This document shows, in pieces, positions 18,953-28,174 of a stretch of 64,000 bases of DNA. Under the pieces are notes generated by a model. The model did not search any database, was not told where the DNA came from, and saw only the letters and a list, made by a program, of their open reading frames with translations. A program made the position numbers and the translations under genes. Position 1 is the first letter of the stretch; every line of letters begins with the position of its first letter. Source of the DNA: Flavobacteriales bacterium (lineage in GTDB: Bacteria; Bacteroidota; Bacteroidia; Flavobacteriales; BACL11); NCBI GenBank assembly GCA_965183885.1, contig OZ238992.1, positions 1,915,159 to 1,979,158 on the forward strand. The letters are read 5' to 3'.

Positions 18953-19984
18953 ATGTACAGAATAATCCGTTTTTTCTTGTTTTTATTCAATCCTGAATCA
19001 ATACATCATCTTACTTTCAAAATTATTAAGTTTAGTGCTATGATTCCTGGTAAAATGTGGAGCTGGCGTTTGCTTTTTAAAGTAAAGGATGCTAGGTTGG
19101 AGCGTGAAGTATTCGGAATAAAATTTGAAAACCCTGTAGGGCTTGCAGCAGGTTTTGATAAGGATGCAAAGCTGTTTGATGAGTTAGGGGCATTTGGTTT
19201 TGGTTTTGTAGAGATAGGAACAGTTACTCCACTTCCTCAGGATGGAAACCCTAAACCTAGGTTATTCCGCTTAAAAGAAGACAATGCAATTATCAACCGT
19301 ATGGGCTTTAATAATGAAGGGATTGAAGCGGCAGTTGCTCGATTAAGAAGAAAAAGATCGAATGTTATTATTGGAGGTAATATTGGAAAAAATAAAGTTA
19401 CTCCTAATGCTGAGGCAGTAAACGATTATGAAATTTGTTTTGAGAAATTTTTCCCTCATGTAGATTATTTTGTGGTGAATGTAAGTTCTCCAAATACACC
19501 AGGGTTAAGAGATTTACAGGAGAAAGCACCGCTTACAGCTTTGCTTAACAGACTGCAGGAGTTAAATGCTTTAAAGAGTGCCAGAAAACCAATCTTATTA
19601 AAAATTGCTCCTGATTTGACTAATGAGCAGTTGGATGATATTATTGAAATTGTTGCTGACACAAAAATTGATGGTGTGGTAGCTACTAACACAACAATTG
19701 ATAGAAGTGGGCTTAAAACGGATAAAAACAAGGTTGAGACCATTGGAAATGGTGGCTTGAGTGGTAAGCCTGTTAAAAAGCGATCAACAGAGGTGGTAAG
19801 GTATCTTTCTGAAAAATCGAATAAGGCATTCCCAATTATTGGAGTGGGAGGAATACACTCGGCTGAAGATGCTTTAGAGAAACTAGAAGCAGGAGCTACA
19901 TTAGTACAGCTGTACACAGGCTTTATTTATGAAGGACCTTTATTGATAAAAAGAATTAATAAGGCAATATTGGGTAGAGAGTAG
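18953..19984 (+). CDS. pyrD: Dihydroorotate dehydrogenase (quinone), class 2
   Basis: 343 aa. N-terminal membrane-associated helix, [19 protein letters not shown] and GGLSGKP motifs. Confidence 0.92.
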   Translation: MYRIIRFFLFLFNPESIHHLTFKIIKFSAMIPGKMWSWRLLFKVKDARLEREVFGIKFENPVGLAAGFDKDAKLFDELGAFGFGFVEIGTVTPLPQDGNPKPRLFRLKEDNAIINRMGFNNEGIEAAVARLRRKRSNVIIGGNIGKNKVTPNAEAVNDYEICFEKFFPHVDYFVVNVSSPNTPGLRDLQEKAPLTALLNRLQELNALKSARKPILLKIAPDLTNEQLDDIIEIVADTKIDGVVATNTTIDRSGLKTDKNKVETIGNGGLSGKPVKKRSTEVVRYLSEKSNKAFPIIGVGGIHSAEDALEKLEAGATLVQLYTGFIYEGPLLIKRINKAILGRE

Positions 19985-20047
19985 TTGTTAGAGTCTCTAG
20001 TAAAACCAGCAACTATCAACTAATAACTGTCAACGAACAACTAAACT

Positions 20048-20884
20048 ATGAAAGTAATAGAATGTCCTAGAGATGCAATGCAAGGAATAGTTGATTTTAT
20101 TCCTACAGCCCAAAAGGCGGGATACATCAACCAATTGCTAAAAGTTGGCTTTGATACTATTGATTTTGGAAGTTTTGTATCGCCAAAAGCCATACCTCAA
20201 TTAAAAGATACTGCTGAAGTATTGGCAAAGCTCGATTTAAGCACTACCTCTAGTAAACTGCTTGCAATTATTGCAAATACTAGGGGTGCAAAGGATGCTT
20301 GTAATTTTGAGGAGATAAATTATTTAGGCTTTCCACTTTCGGTATCGGAGCAGTTCCAGCAAAGAAATACGAAAAAAAGCATAGCAGAAGCTTTGCATAC
20401 GGTAGAAGAGGTACAGAATTTAGCACTTCAGCATAATAAGGAGATGCTAGTGTATTTGTCTATGGCATTTGGGAATCCTTATGGGGAAACATACCATCCT
20501 GATATAGTAGCAGAGCTTACCGAAAAGTTACATCAGCTAGAGATAAAAACAGTTGCTTTATCGGATACTATTGGTGTTTCTGCTCCTGAAAATATAGCAC
20601 CTCTTTTTAGTACTTTAATACAAGAATATCCTAATATTGAGTTTGGGGCACATTTCCATACTACTCCTGATAAATGGGAAGAAAAAGTAGCTGCTGCCTA
20701 TGAAAATGGTTGTAGAAGATTTGATAGTGCACTTAAAGGTTTTGGGGGTTGCCCTATGGCTGCTGATGCTTTAACAGGAAATATGCCAACTGAAAAGCTT
20801 ATTACTTACTTTACTGAGGATTTAGGTTTGGATAAGCAGGAGCTAGAAAAAAGCTTGGCATTAAGCGGATCTATTTTTCTCTAA
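20048..20884 (+). CDS. Hydroxymethylglutaryl-CoA lyase family protein
   Basis: 278 aa. ECPRDAMQG N-terminal motif, LSDTIGV, and GAHFHTT metal-ligand region. Confidence 0.85.
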   Translation: MKVIECPRDAMQGIVDFIPTAQKAGYINQLLKVGFDTIDFGSFVSPKAIPQLKDTAEVLAKLDLSTTSSKLLAIIANTRGAKDACNFEEINYLGFPLSVSEQFQQRNTKKSIAEALHTVEEVQNLALQHNKEMLVYLSMAFGNPYGETYHPDIVAELTEKLHQLEIKTVALSDTIGVSAPENIAPLFSTLIQEYPNIEFGAHFHTTPDKWEEKVAAAYENGCRRFDSALKGFGGCPMAADALTGNMPTEKLITYFTEDLGLDKQELEKSLALSGSIFL

Positions 20885-21056
20885 AGATAGAAGCTTACCA
20901 AAAGTTTCTTTACTAACTTAACTATAATTTTATTTCCAAAATTACCTATCTTCCTTAAATACCTGATTATCAATAAAAATATTGTCTATTGTTCTGTACT
21001 TATGCAAATAGGTTAGTTCAGATTTGTTTTGTATGTTTAGGGCTTTATTAGAAAAA

Positions 21057-24000
21057 ATGACAATAGAACAATATATAGACAATATAAACCAGAGATACCA
21101 ATTAGGAAATGCAACAGAACATACATTTAGAGGAGACTTACAGCAACTCATTGAAAGTTTAGTTCCTGAAATAAGAGCTACTAATGAGCCAAAAAGACAA
21201 TCTTGCGGAGCACCTGACTACATCTTGACTAAAAAAGATATACCGGTAGGGTTTATTGAAGCTAAAGATATTGGAGATAAAGACCTTGAGGGAAAGAAAA
21301 AATCAGTAAATAAAGATCAATTTGACCGATATAAAGCATCATTAGTTAATTTGATTTTTACAGATTACATAGATTTTCATTTATATAATGATGGTGAGTT
21401 TGTTACCAGAATTGCCATTGCAGAAGTAACTGAGAAAGGAATTGTTGCATTACCTCAAAATTTTGAGACGTTTGAAAATCTGATAAAAGACTTTTGCACT
21501 CACATTGGGCAAAATATAAAAAGCTCAAAAAAGCTTGCCCAAATGATGGCAGGAAAGGCTAGGCTTCTTTCTGATGTTATTGAAAAAGCTTTAACTAGTG
21601 ATGAAGATAATCATGAAGATAGTACTTTGAAAGAGCAAATGACTGCCTTTAAAAGCATTCTGATACACGATATTACTCCTAAAGGCTTTGCGGATGTTTA
21701 TGCACAAACCATTGCCTACGGAATGTTTGCAGCTCGTTTGCACGATCCAACTTTAGATACTTTTAGCAGACAAGAAGCGGCAGAATTGATACCCAAATCA
21801 AATCCATTTTTAAGAAAACTATTTGGCTACATTGCTGGACCCGATATTGATGACAGAATTAAATGGATTGTTGACAACCTTACCGAAATATTTTTAGCCT
21901 GCAATGTTGAAGAAATTCTAAAGAATTACGGAAAGTCCACAAAAATGGAAGACCCAATCATTCATTTTTATGAAACTTTTTTGGCAGAATACGACCCGAA
22001 ACTAAGAAAAGCAAGAGGTGTTTGGTACACTCCTGCCCCTGTTGTAAATTTTATTGTTCGTGCAGTTGATGATATTTTAAAAACAGAATTTGATTTACAA
22101 CAAGGTTTGGCGGAGACTTCTAAAACAAAAATTAAAGTCAAAGTACCTACCAACGATAAACGTTCTAAAGCAGGTTATAAGCAGGTTGAAAAAGAAATAC
22201 ACAAAGTACAAATTCTTGACCCTGCTACAGGAACAGGAACTTTTTTAGCAGAAGTAATAAAACACGTACACAAAAAAATTAAAGGACAAGAGGGGGTTTG
22301 GAGTAGTTATGTAGAAAAACACTTGCTACCACGCTTAAGTGGTTTTGAGTTGTTAATGGCAAGTTATGCAATGGCACATTTACAATTGGATTTATTGCTA
22401 AAAGAAACAGGGTTTAAACCTACAAAAAACCAACGAACAAGAGTTTATCTAACCAATAGTTTAGAGGAATACCACCCAGACACAGGAACTTTATTTGCCA
22501 ATTGGTTAAGTAGTGAAGCTAATGAAGCTAGCCATATAAAACGAGATACACCTGTAATGTGTATTATCGGGAATCCGCCATACAGTGGTGAAAGTGCCAA
22601 TAAAGGAGATTGGATTATGGATTTAATGCAAGACTACAAAAAAGAACCAGGAGGTAAAGAAAAATTAAAAGAACGAAACCCAAAATGGATAAATGACGAT
22701 TACGTAAAATTCTTACGCTATGGTCAGCACTTTATCGAAAAAAACGGAAGTGGTGTTTTGGCTTTTATCAATCCTCACGGATTTTTGGATAATCCTACTT
22801 TTAGAGGAATGCGTTGGAACTTACTCAAAACGTATGATAAGATTTACACCATAGATTTACATGGTAATAACAAAAAGAAAGAAGTTAGTCCTGACGGTTC
22901 AGTAGACCAAAATATTTTTGATATAGAACAAGGTGTTTCAATAAATATTTTTGTTAAAACAGGTAATAAAAAGAAAAGTGATTTGGGTAAAGTTTTTCAT
23001 TATGACCTATACGGAAAACGAAATGTTAAATATGATTTTTTATCTAATAATGATTTAAAAACTATTGATTTTAAAGAACTTGAAAATATCGTACCAAATT
23101 ATTATATGGTTCAAAAAGATTTTGCTCAACAAAAATTGTATGATAAGGGATTTGTTCTAAATAAATTATTCCCAGTAAACAGTGTTGGCATAGCAACTTC
23201 AAGAGATAGTTTCACTATTCATGAAACAAAACAAGAAGTAATTGATGTTATTGAAGAATTTTTGAGCCTTGATAATGAAACTGCTAGAGATAGGTTTAAA
23301 CTAGGGAACGATGTTCGAGATTGGAAAGTAGAACTAGCTAAAAAGGATTTAGTGGAGAGTAATTGTGACTACAACAACATAATCTCAGTAACATATCGTC
23401 CATTTGAGGATAAAAAAACATATTTCACTGGTAAATCAAAAGGTTTCCATTGTATGCCTAGAGGAAAAGTAATGGGGCACTTTTTTAATAAAAGTAATTT
23501 AGGTTTAGTTATTGGCAGACAAGGATTAGCAGTAGGTACAATGACTTGGAACTTGTCTTTTATAACCAAAAATATGACAGACCTAAATATATATAGGAGA
23601 GGTGGAGGAAATACATACCCTCTTTATCTCTATCCTGAAAACAACGAACAACAAACTATTGAAGAATCAGCAGATAGAAAACCTAACCTTAACCAAGAAA
23701 TTGTAAGAGAAATAGCTGAAAAATTGGAGTTAACATTTACCAATGAAAAAGAGCAAATGGAAAATACTTTTGCACCTATTGATATTTTAGACTACATCTA
23801 TGCCATTATACACTCACCAACTTATCGAGAGAAATACAAAGAATTTCTAAAAATCGATTTCCCAAGAATTCCTTATCCAAAAGACAAAAATACGTTTTGG
23901 AAATTGGTTAAATTAGGCAGAGAAATACGCCTAATACATTTGTTAGAGTCTCCAATAGTGGAAGATTACATTACAACTTATCCAAAAGACGGAAATAATA

Positions 24001-24278
24001 CCATTACAACCAAAGTCGGCAAAAAAGATTGGGAGTTATTTGATGAAGAAAAGCAATTGGGAAGAATATGGATAAATGAAGAACAGTACTTTGACAATAT
24101 TCCTTTAACTGCTTGGGAGTTTTATATTGGAGGCTACCAACCTGCCCAAAAGTGGTTGAAAGACCGAAAAGAAAGAACCTTAGAATTTGATGATATTTTA
24201 CATTATCAAAAAATTATAGTTGCTCTAACTGAAACGGATAGGATAATGAAGAAAATTGATAAAATTGAGATTGAATGA
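21057..24278 (+). CDS. Type IIG-like restriction-modification fusion: PD-ExK nuclease + gamma-class N6-adenine methyltransferase + type-ISP-like C-terminal specificity domain (no helicase)
   Basis: The track ORF starts at TTG 21024; I prefer ATG 21057 (MTIEQYIDN). N-terminal GAPDY..(x20)..FIEAKD (DNA 21213-21266) is PD-(D/E)xK-like. SAM motif VQILDPATGTGTFL. Catalytic IIGNPPYSG (DNA 22572-22583). The C-terminal FAPIDILDYIYAIIHSPTYREKYKEFLKIDFPRIPYP is typical of LlaGI/YeeA-type specificity domains. Confidence 0.8.
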   Translation: MTIEQYIDNINQRYQLGNATEHTFRGDLQQLIESLVPEIRATNEPKRQSCGAPDYILTKKDIPVGFIEAKDIGDKDLEGKKKSVNKDQFDRYKASLVNLIFTDYIDFHLYNDGEFVTRIAIAEVTEKGIVALPQNFETFENLIKDFCTHIGQNIKSSKKLAQMMAGKARLLSDVIEKALTSDEDNHEDSTLKEQMTAFKSILIHDITPKGFADVYAQTIAYGMFAARLHDPTLDTFSRQEAAELIPKSNPFLRKLFGYIAGPDIDDRIKWIVDNLTEIFLACNVEEILKNYGKSTKMEDPIIHFYETFLAEYDPKLRKARGVWYTPAPVVNFIVRAVDDILKTEFDLQQGLAETSKTKIKVKVPTNDKRSKAGYKQVEKEIHKVQILDPATGTGTFLAEVIKHVHKKIKGQEGVWSSYVEKHLLPRLSGFELLMASYAMAHLQLDLLLKETGFKPTKNQRTRVYLTNSLEEYHPDTGTLFANWLSSEANEASHIKRDTPVMCIIGNPPYSGESANKGDWIMDLMQDYKKEPGGKEKLKERNPKWINDDYVKFLRYGQHFIEKNGSGVLAFINPHGFLDNPTFRGMRWNLLKTYDKIYTIDLHGNNKKKEVSPDGSVDQNIFDIEQGVSINIFVKTGNKKKSDLGKVFHYDLYGKRNVKYDFLSNNDLKTIDFKELENIVPNYYMVQKDFAQQKLYDKGFVLNKLFPVNSVGIATSRDSFTIHETKQEVIDVIEEFLSLDNETARDRFKLGNDVRDWKVELAKKDLVESNCDYNNIISVTYRPFEDKKTYFTGKSKGFHCMPRGKVMGHFFNKSNLGLVIGRQGLAVGTMTWNLSFITKNMTDLNIYRRGGGNTYPLYLYPENNEQQTIEESADRKPNLNQEIVREIAEKLELTFTNEKEQMENTFAPIDILDYIYAIIHSPTYREKYKEFLKIDFPRIPYPKDKNTFWKLVKLGREIRLIHLLESPIVEDYITTYPKDGNNTITTKVGKKDWELFDEEKQLGRIWINEEQYFDNIPLTAWEFYIGGYQPAQKWLKDRKERTLEFDDILHYQKIIVALTETDRIMKKIDKIEIE

Positions 24279-25666
24279 GTAATTACTATTGTTTAGATAT
24301 TGAATTTATAAATATTGATTTTAGTTTTTGTTACAGAAACACTGAGATTCCAGTTAGTGAGGTTCATCACTGTCATTTGACCACAAGGGAAAACGAAATT
24401 GAACTTAAAATTTTCTTTGACGACCAAACTTATTTTGGTAATAAATTAATGCATTGGTCAAGTAAAATTGATTGGCGAAAATTTGGTTCATTTTTAAAAG
24501 TAGAAGTAACTAAAAACTATTTAAATGAAAGTTTACAAAAAGTAGACTTATCGGATGCTGAATTAATTGAATATATAAATAGTACAGATTATTATGAAAA
24601 TGGAAAAAAGTATATTATCTTAAAAATTAATACCGTAAAATTTTACTGGAATCCTGTTGAATATAAAAACCAAACAGCTGAATTTTATTTAGACGATAAA
24701 GGCTTTAGAGTTGTAGAGCCTTTTTACTCATTTTTATCATCAAAATCGTCTGAAAATGATGGAGAATTTGATATTGGAAGAATGAATGACTCTACTATGT
24801 TTTACAAACTTGGAAAATCAAGATTTCGTCCCGAATATAATTTTGTTTCAAAAGATGAAGGTAAAGAAAGAGTTGCTAGAATAGTCAAAGAACCTAAAAT
24901 TCAATTCAAATACGCAAAAGGAATAACTGAAATAGAAGCCATTTCTTATGGAGATGTAGTTTTAATGTTGGCTTCATTTTATCATCATATAAAAATTGAT
25001 TATACACTTAGAAGAATTCATTTGCCTGAGAACACAATCATTATAAAAAACATTGAGCAAAAAAATTACTTTAATACAAGCGGAAATCTTTGGGGTTTTG
25101 AAATTTATTGGAATTTTAACAAGTTTCTTCAGGAAAGTTGGCAAGAAGAAACTTTAAAAAACTTTGATTTACTTTCAAAAGCAATTACGTTATTTAATCA
25201 ATCGCTCTTGGTTGATAATTCTTCTGCATTTTTAATACGTTACAACATTATTGAAATTTGTGGAAAGACAAGTGCGGAAGGTGGGATTTGGAATTTCAAA
25301 TTAAAAAACGATAAATTAGACAAGTTTTTCAGTGATACGAAAGAAAGTATTTCTAATATAATTGATGAGACCGAGCAAGAGAATTTTAATAACAAGTGGA
25401 ATTCAATTCAAAGTATCATCAAGAGTAAATCACTTAGAAAACAACTTGAAGATTCACTAATCAAACACGATATTAATGTGGAATCTTTGCCTATTCAAAC
25501 AAGTAAAATAGTGCAGCTAAGAAATAATATTACTCACGGAAGTATTGATAAAGTAGATGTAGAAAAACTTAGAAAAGCAAATATATTGTTGTACAGAATT
25601 AGTGGAATACTAATATTAAACTTAATGGGAATAAAAGATTGGAAATTAAATACTGAAATTAATTAA
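24275..25666 (+). CDS. Hypothetical protein with C-terminal HEPN-like domain (R-x4-H), possible ApeA-like abortive-infection RNase
   Basis: 463 aa. Its start overlaps the RM stop (ATGA). Near the C-terminus, IVQLRNNITHGS gives R416-N-N-I-T-H421 (DNA 25520-25537), the RNxxxH HEPN signature, inside a helical region. The N-terminal roughly 300 aa is beta-rich and I do not recognise it. Confidence 0.5.
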   Translation: MSNYYCLDIEFINIDFSFCYRNTEIPVSEVHHCHLTTRENEIELKIFFDDQTYFGNKLMHWSSKIDWRKFGSFLKVEVTKNYLNESLQKVDLSDAELIEYINSTDYYENGKKYIILKINTVKFYWNPVEYKNQTAEFYLDDKGFRVVEPFYSFLSSKSSENDGEFDIGRMNDSTMFYKLGKSRFRPEYNFVSKDEGKERVARIVKEPKIQFKYAKGITEIEAISYGDVVLMLASFYHHIKIDYTLRRIHLPENTIIIKNIEQKNYFNTSGNLWGFEIYWNFNKFLQESWQEETLKNFDLLSKAITLFNQSLLVDNSSAFLIRYNIIEICGKTSAEGGIWNFKLKNDKLDKFFSDTKESISNIIDETEQENFNNKWNSIQSIIKSKSLRKQLEDSLIKHDINVESLPIQTSKIVQLRNNITHGSIDKVDVEKLRKANILLYRISGILILNLMGIKDWKLNTEIN

Positions 25667-25722
25667 CAAAATCAGTATACCAATGCTATCAATAGAATGA
25701 ATTTAGAGAAATCAAATATAAA

Positions 25723-25980
25723 ATGCAAAAAGAATTAATATTAAGATTACATTATAGAAGAGAACTAAGCGAAAAAGAAGAAGATGACTTCTTAGAAGCA
25801 CTACTCTTAGCGCTAGATAGTAAGAAAATTAGTGCGGGTGGAGGTAGCGACAATCAAAAAATAGAATGGGGAATTGATGGCTCAAGAAGTGAATTAAATA
25901 ATGCTGAAATAATCGCTTATCTGCAACAGTTCTTTAAACAGTATGAATCACTTGTTGCTACATATACCGTTAAGCCATAA
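25723..25980 (+). CDS. Small acidic hypothetical protein (85 aa)
   Basis: ORF only. Same strand as, and 56 nt downstream of, the HEPN gene. No recognisable motif. Confidence 0.4.
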   Translation: MQKELILRLHYRRELSEKEEDDFLEALLLALDSKKISAGGGSDNQKIEWGIDGSRSELNNAEIIAYLQQFFKQYESLVATYTVKP

Positions 25981-26068
25981 AACGTAATAAATTGCTTTTC
26001 CAACTAGGGTTGAGTTGTTTATTCATCTAAAAAAATAGGCCTAAGCTATTTTGTATTAAATCTTTTCT

Positions 26069-26076
26069 TAGTTTTG
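26069..26076 (+). promoter_or_regulatory. -7 promoter box TAGTTTTG driving the B12 riboswitch transcript
   Basis: Exact TAnnTTTG match about 10 nt upstream of the riboswitch 5' end. Confidence 0.5.
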
Positions 26077-26085
26077 CCCCAAGTT

Positions 26086-26236
26086 TAGTACACCACAATG
26101 GTGTAAAAGGGAATGAGGTGTAAATCCTCAACTTTACCAGAAGCTGTAAAGTCCGTAAATTTTTGGAAACTACACGAGCCACTGTTTATTAAAATGGGAA
26201 GGCCACTCCAAAAGGACCAAGTCAGAAGACCTGCTA
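26086..26236 (+). promoter_or_regulatory. Cobalamin (B12) riboswitch
   Basis: Core AAAAGGGAATGAGGTGTAAATCC..GCTGTAAAG. B12 box GAGCCACTG (26176-26184) followed by GGGAAGGC (26196-26203). 3' end GTCAGAAGACCTGC. It lies directly upstream of a TonB-dependent receptor. Confidence 0.85.
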
Positions 26237-26279
26237 AGCAAAACAAAACCGAATCGTTTCTGGATAAAACGACAGGCAG

Positions 26280-28163
26280 ATGAAACAGACTTTAGCACAC
26301 ATATTACTCTTTTTAGGAGCATCAGTACAACTGATGGCGCAAACTGCTATGGATACGATTAGCCTTCCTGAGGTTGTCTTAGAAGAGAGCCGTTTGCAAA
26401 CCCATACCATTAGCACTGTTTGTACAGCTGCAAATAAAATTATTCCTGATGCTATACTACAAGCAAGTTCACAAAGGCTTTCGGATGTATTAACACAATA
26501 TTCTTCTTTCTACATAAAGCAATATGGAGCTTTGGCTACTCCTAGTTTTAGAGGTACATCTAGTGAGCATACACTCGTTTTATGGAATGGAATTCCTATT
26601 AATTCTATCGCTAATGGCTTGCTCGATTTTTCTATTCTACCGAGTAATGGTTTTGCTAATGTGTATCTAGTACATGGTGGAGATGCTTCTGTATTTGGGA
26701 GTGGCGCAATAGGAGGGAGTGTGCATTTAAATTCTACCCCAAGTTTTAAGCCAACAAAGGAATTAAAATTAAATACTGAACAAGGAAGTTTTGGTTTAGC
26801 AAGTAAAGGCCTTTCTTTTAAGTACGCTAATGGAAAAACCTCTGCTTCAGGGGCTTTTTCTTCCTTAACTGACGCCAATGCTTTTGAGTATGTAAATATT
26901 ACTCAAATAGGGCATCCTACAGTAGTAAATGATTATGGTAAGGTAAAAAGCCAACATCAACAATTTAACCTAGCGAGTAAGTATAATAACAACAATCAAT
27001 TTTCATTTTCTTATTGGGCAGCACAAAACGAAAGAGAAGTGCCACAAAACATGACCATTCCTTTTTCGGATGCCATGCAGTATGATGCTAGTAAAAGAAT
27101 CTTATTCTCTTTAAAACACAAAAGAGAGCATATAGGCATTAGCTTAAAACAAGCATATTTACTAGAGGATTTCCGCTATACTGAGCTTAAAAAAGGGATT
27201 GATAGTAAAATACTTGCTGAAAACTACATCTCAGATATTGATGTAAAATATTATAAAGAGAACCTTTTAGTAAATATTGGAGGTATCCTTAATGCTAAGA
27301 AGATAAATACGAATAACTATAAAGCTAAGGAGCAGGAAGAGCAAACGCTAGCGGCATTCTCAGCACTACAATACCAAGCAGGGATTTTTCAGCTAGGTAC
27401 AGTGTTGCGTAAGGAATGGCAAACAGCTTATAAAGTTCCTTTTATGCCTACTTTATCATTCACTGCTGCAATAAATGATTATTTAAACCTTAGGCTTAAA
27501 TACAACAGAAACTTCCGTACGCCTACTTTTAACGAGCGATACTGGATAGGAGCAGGGACAAATGGAAATCCTGATTTGGTTCCAGAAAGTGCTTGGAATA
27601 AAGAGTTTGGATTTGATATTTCCTCAAGGTTTATTAAGTTTAGTGCTACTGCTTATAACTTAGATATATCTGATATGATACTCTGGCAACAGTTAGAAAA
27701 TGGAAATTGGACAACTGATAATATAAAGCAAGTTTGGAGTAGAGGGCTTGAAGGAAAAATAAAAATCAAGATTAAGGATTTAAGTATTATTGGAAATTAC
27801 GCTTATACCAAATCTACTAGTGAGATACCTACAGATAATTTAGATGAGTCCGTTGGAGAGCAGCTAAGGTATGTTCCGCTTCATAAAGGAAATATTACAT
27901 TTATAATTACTGAAGACAACTTACAATTGAGCTTAAATCAATCTTATACAGGAGAGGTTATTACTTCTCATGGTGCTTTGGAAAACAAGACTTTAGATGC
28001 TTTTATCTTAACCGATATTGCTGTAAAATATACAGTAAAGGGTTCCCCAATTAGCATAACTGGGCAAGTAAAAAACTTGATGAATAAGAGCTATACTACT
28101 TATCAAAATTATCCTAACCCAGGAAGAGAATTATTATTAACATTAAATTATACACTAAATTAA
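26280..28163 (+). CDS. btuB: TonB-dependent receptor, vitamin B12 transporter type
   Basis: 627 aa. Signal peptide, plug (SFRGTSSEHTLVLWNGIPIN, GGDASVFGSGAIGGSVHL) and a 22-strand-size barrel. The btuB assignment comes from the upstream cobalamin riboswitch. Confidence 0.8.
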   Translation: MKQTLAHILLFLGASVQLMAQTAMDTISLPEVVLEESRLQTHTISTVCTAANKIIPDAILQASSQRLSDVLTQYSSFYIKQYGALATPSFRGTSSEHTLVLWNGIPINSIANGLLDFSILPSNGFANVYLVHGGDASVFGSGAIGGSVHLNSTPSFKPTKELKLNTEQGSFGLASKGLSFKYANGKTSASGAFSSLTDANAFEYVNITQIGHPTVVNDYGKVKSQHQQFNLASKYNNNNQFSFSYWAAQNEREVPQNMTIPFSDAMQYDASKRILFSLKHKREHIGISLKQAYLLEDFRYTELKKGIDSKILAENYISDIDVKYYKENLLVNIGGILNAKKINTNNYKAKEQEEQTLAAFSALQYQAGIFQLGTVLRKEWQTAYKVPFMPTLSFTAAINDYLNLRLKYNRNFRTPTFNERYWIGAGTNGNPDLVPESAWNKEFGFDISSRFIKFSATAYNLDISDMILWQQLENGNWTTDNIKQVWSRGLEGKIKIKIKDLSIIGNYAYTKSTSEIPTDNLDESVGEQLRYVPLHKGNITFIITEDNLQLSLNQSYTGEVITSHGALENKTLDAFILTDIAVKYTVKGSPISITGQVKNLMNKSYTTYQNYPNPGRELLLTLNYTLN

Positions 28164-28174
28164 AAAAACTAATT

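Noticed and set aside
19465-19917. 150-aa minus-strand ORF inside pyrD. The same applies to 26510..26878, 43836..44168, 47354..47719, 49686..49952 and 53542..54021.
   Set aside because: Each is fully nested antisense in a gene with strong motif support, and none has a recognisable motif or signal of its own.
19985-20047. TAGTTGTTAG-type stop-rich strings after pyrD, with a similar string at 60600-60636.
   Set aside because: They are short, low-complexity and only loosely similar to the 14.15 kb and 18.7 kb motifs. That is not enough to call a repeat family from this window alone.
20942-21151. 69-aa minus-strand ORF spanning the RM gene start.
   Set aside because: It overlaps the 5' end of the 1073-aa RM gene on the opposite strand and has no recognisable motif. 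It is probably spurious.
26234-26416. 60-aa minus-strand ORF.
   Set aside because: It overlaps the riboswitch 3' end and the btuB signal peptide on the opposite strand. The riboswitch and btuB explain the sequence better.
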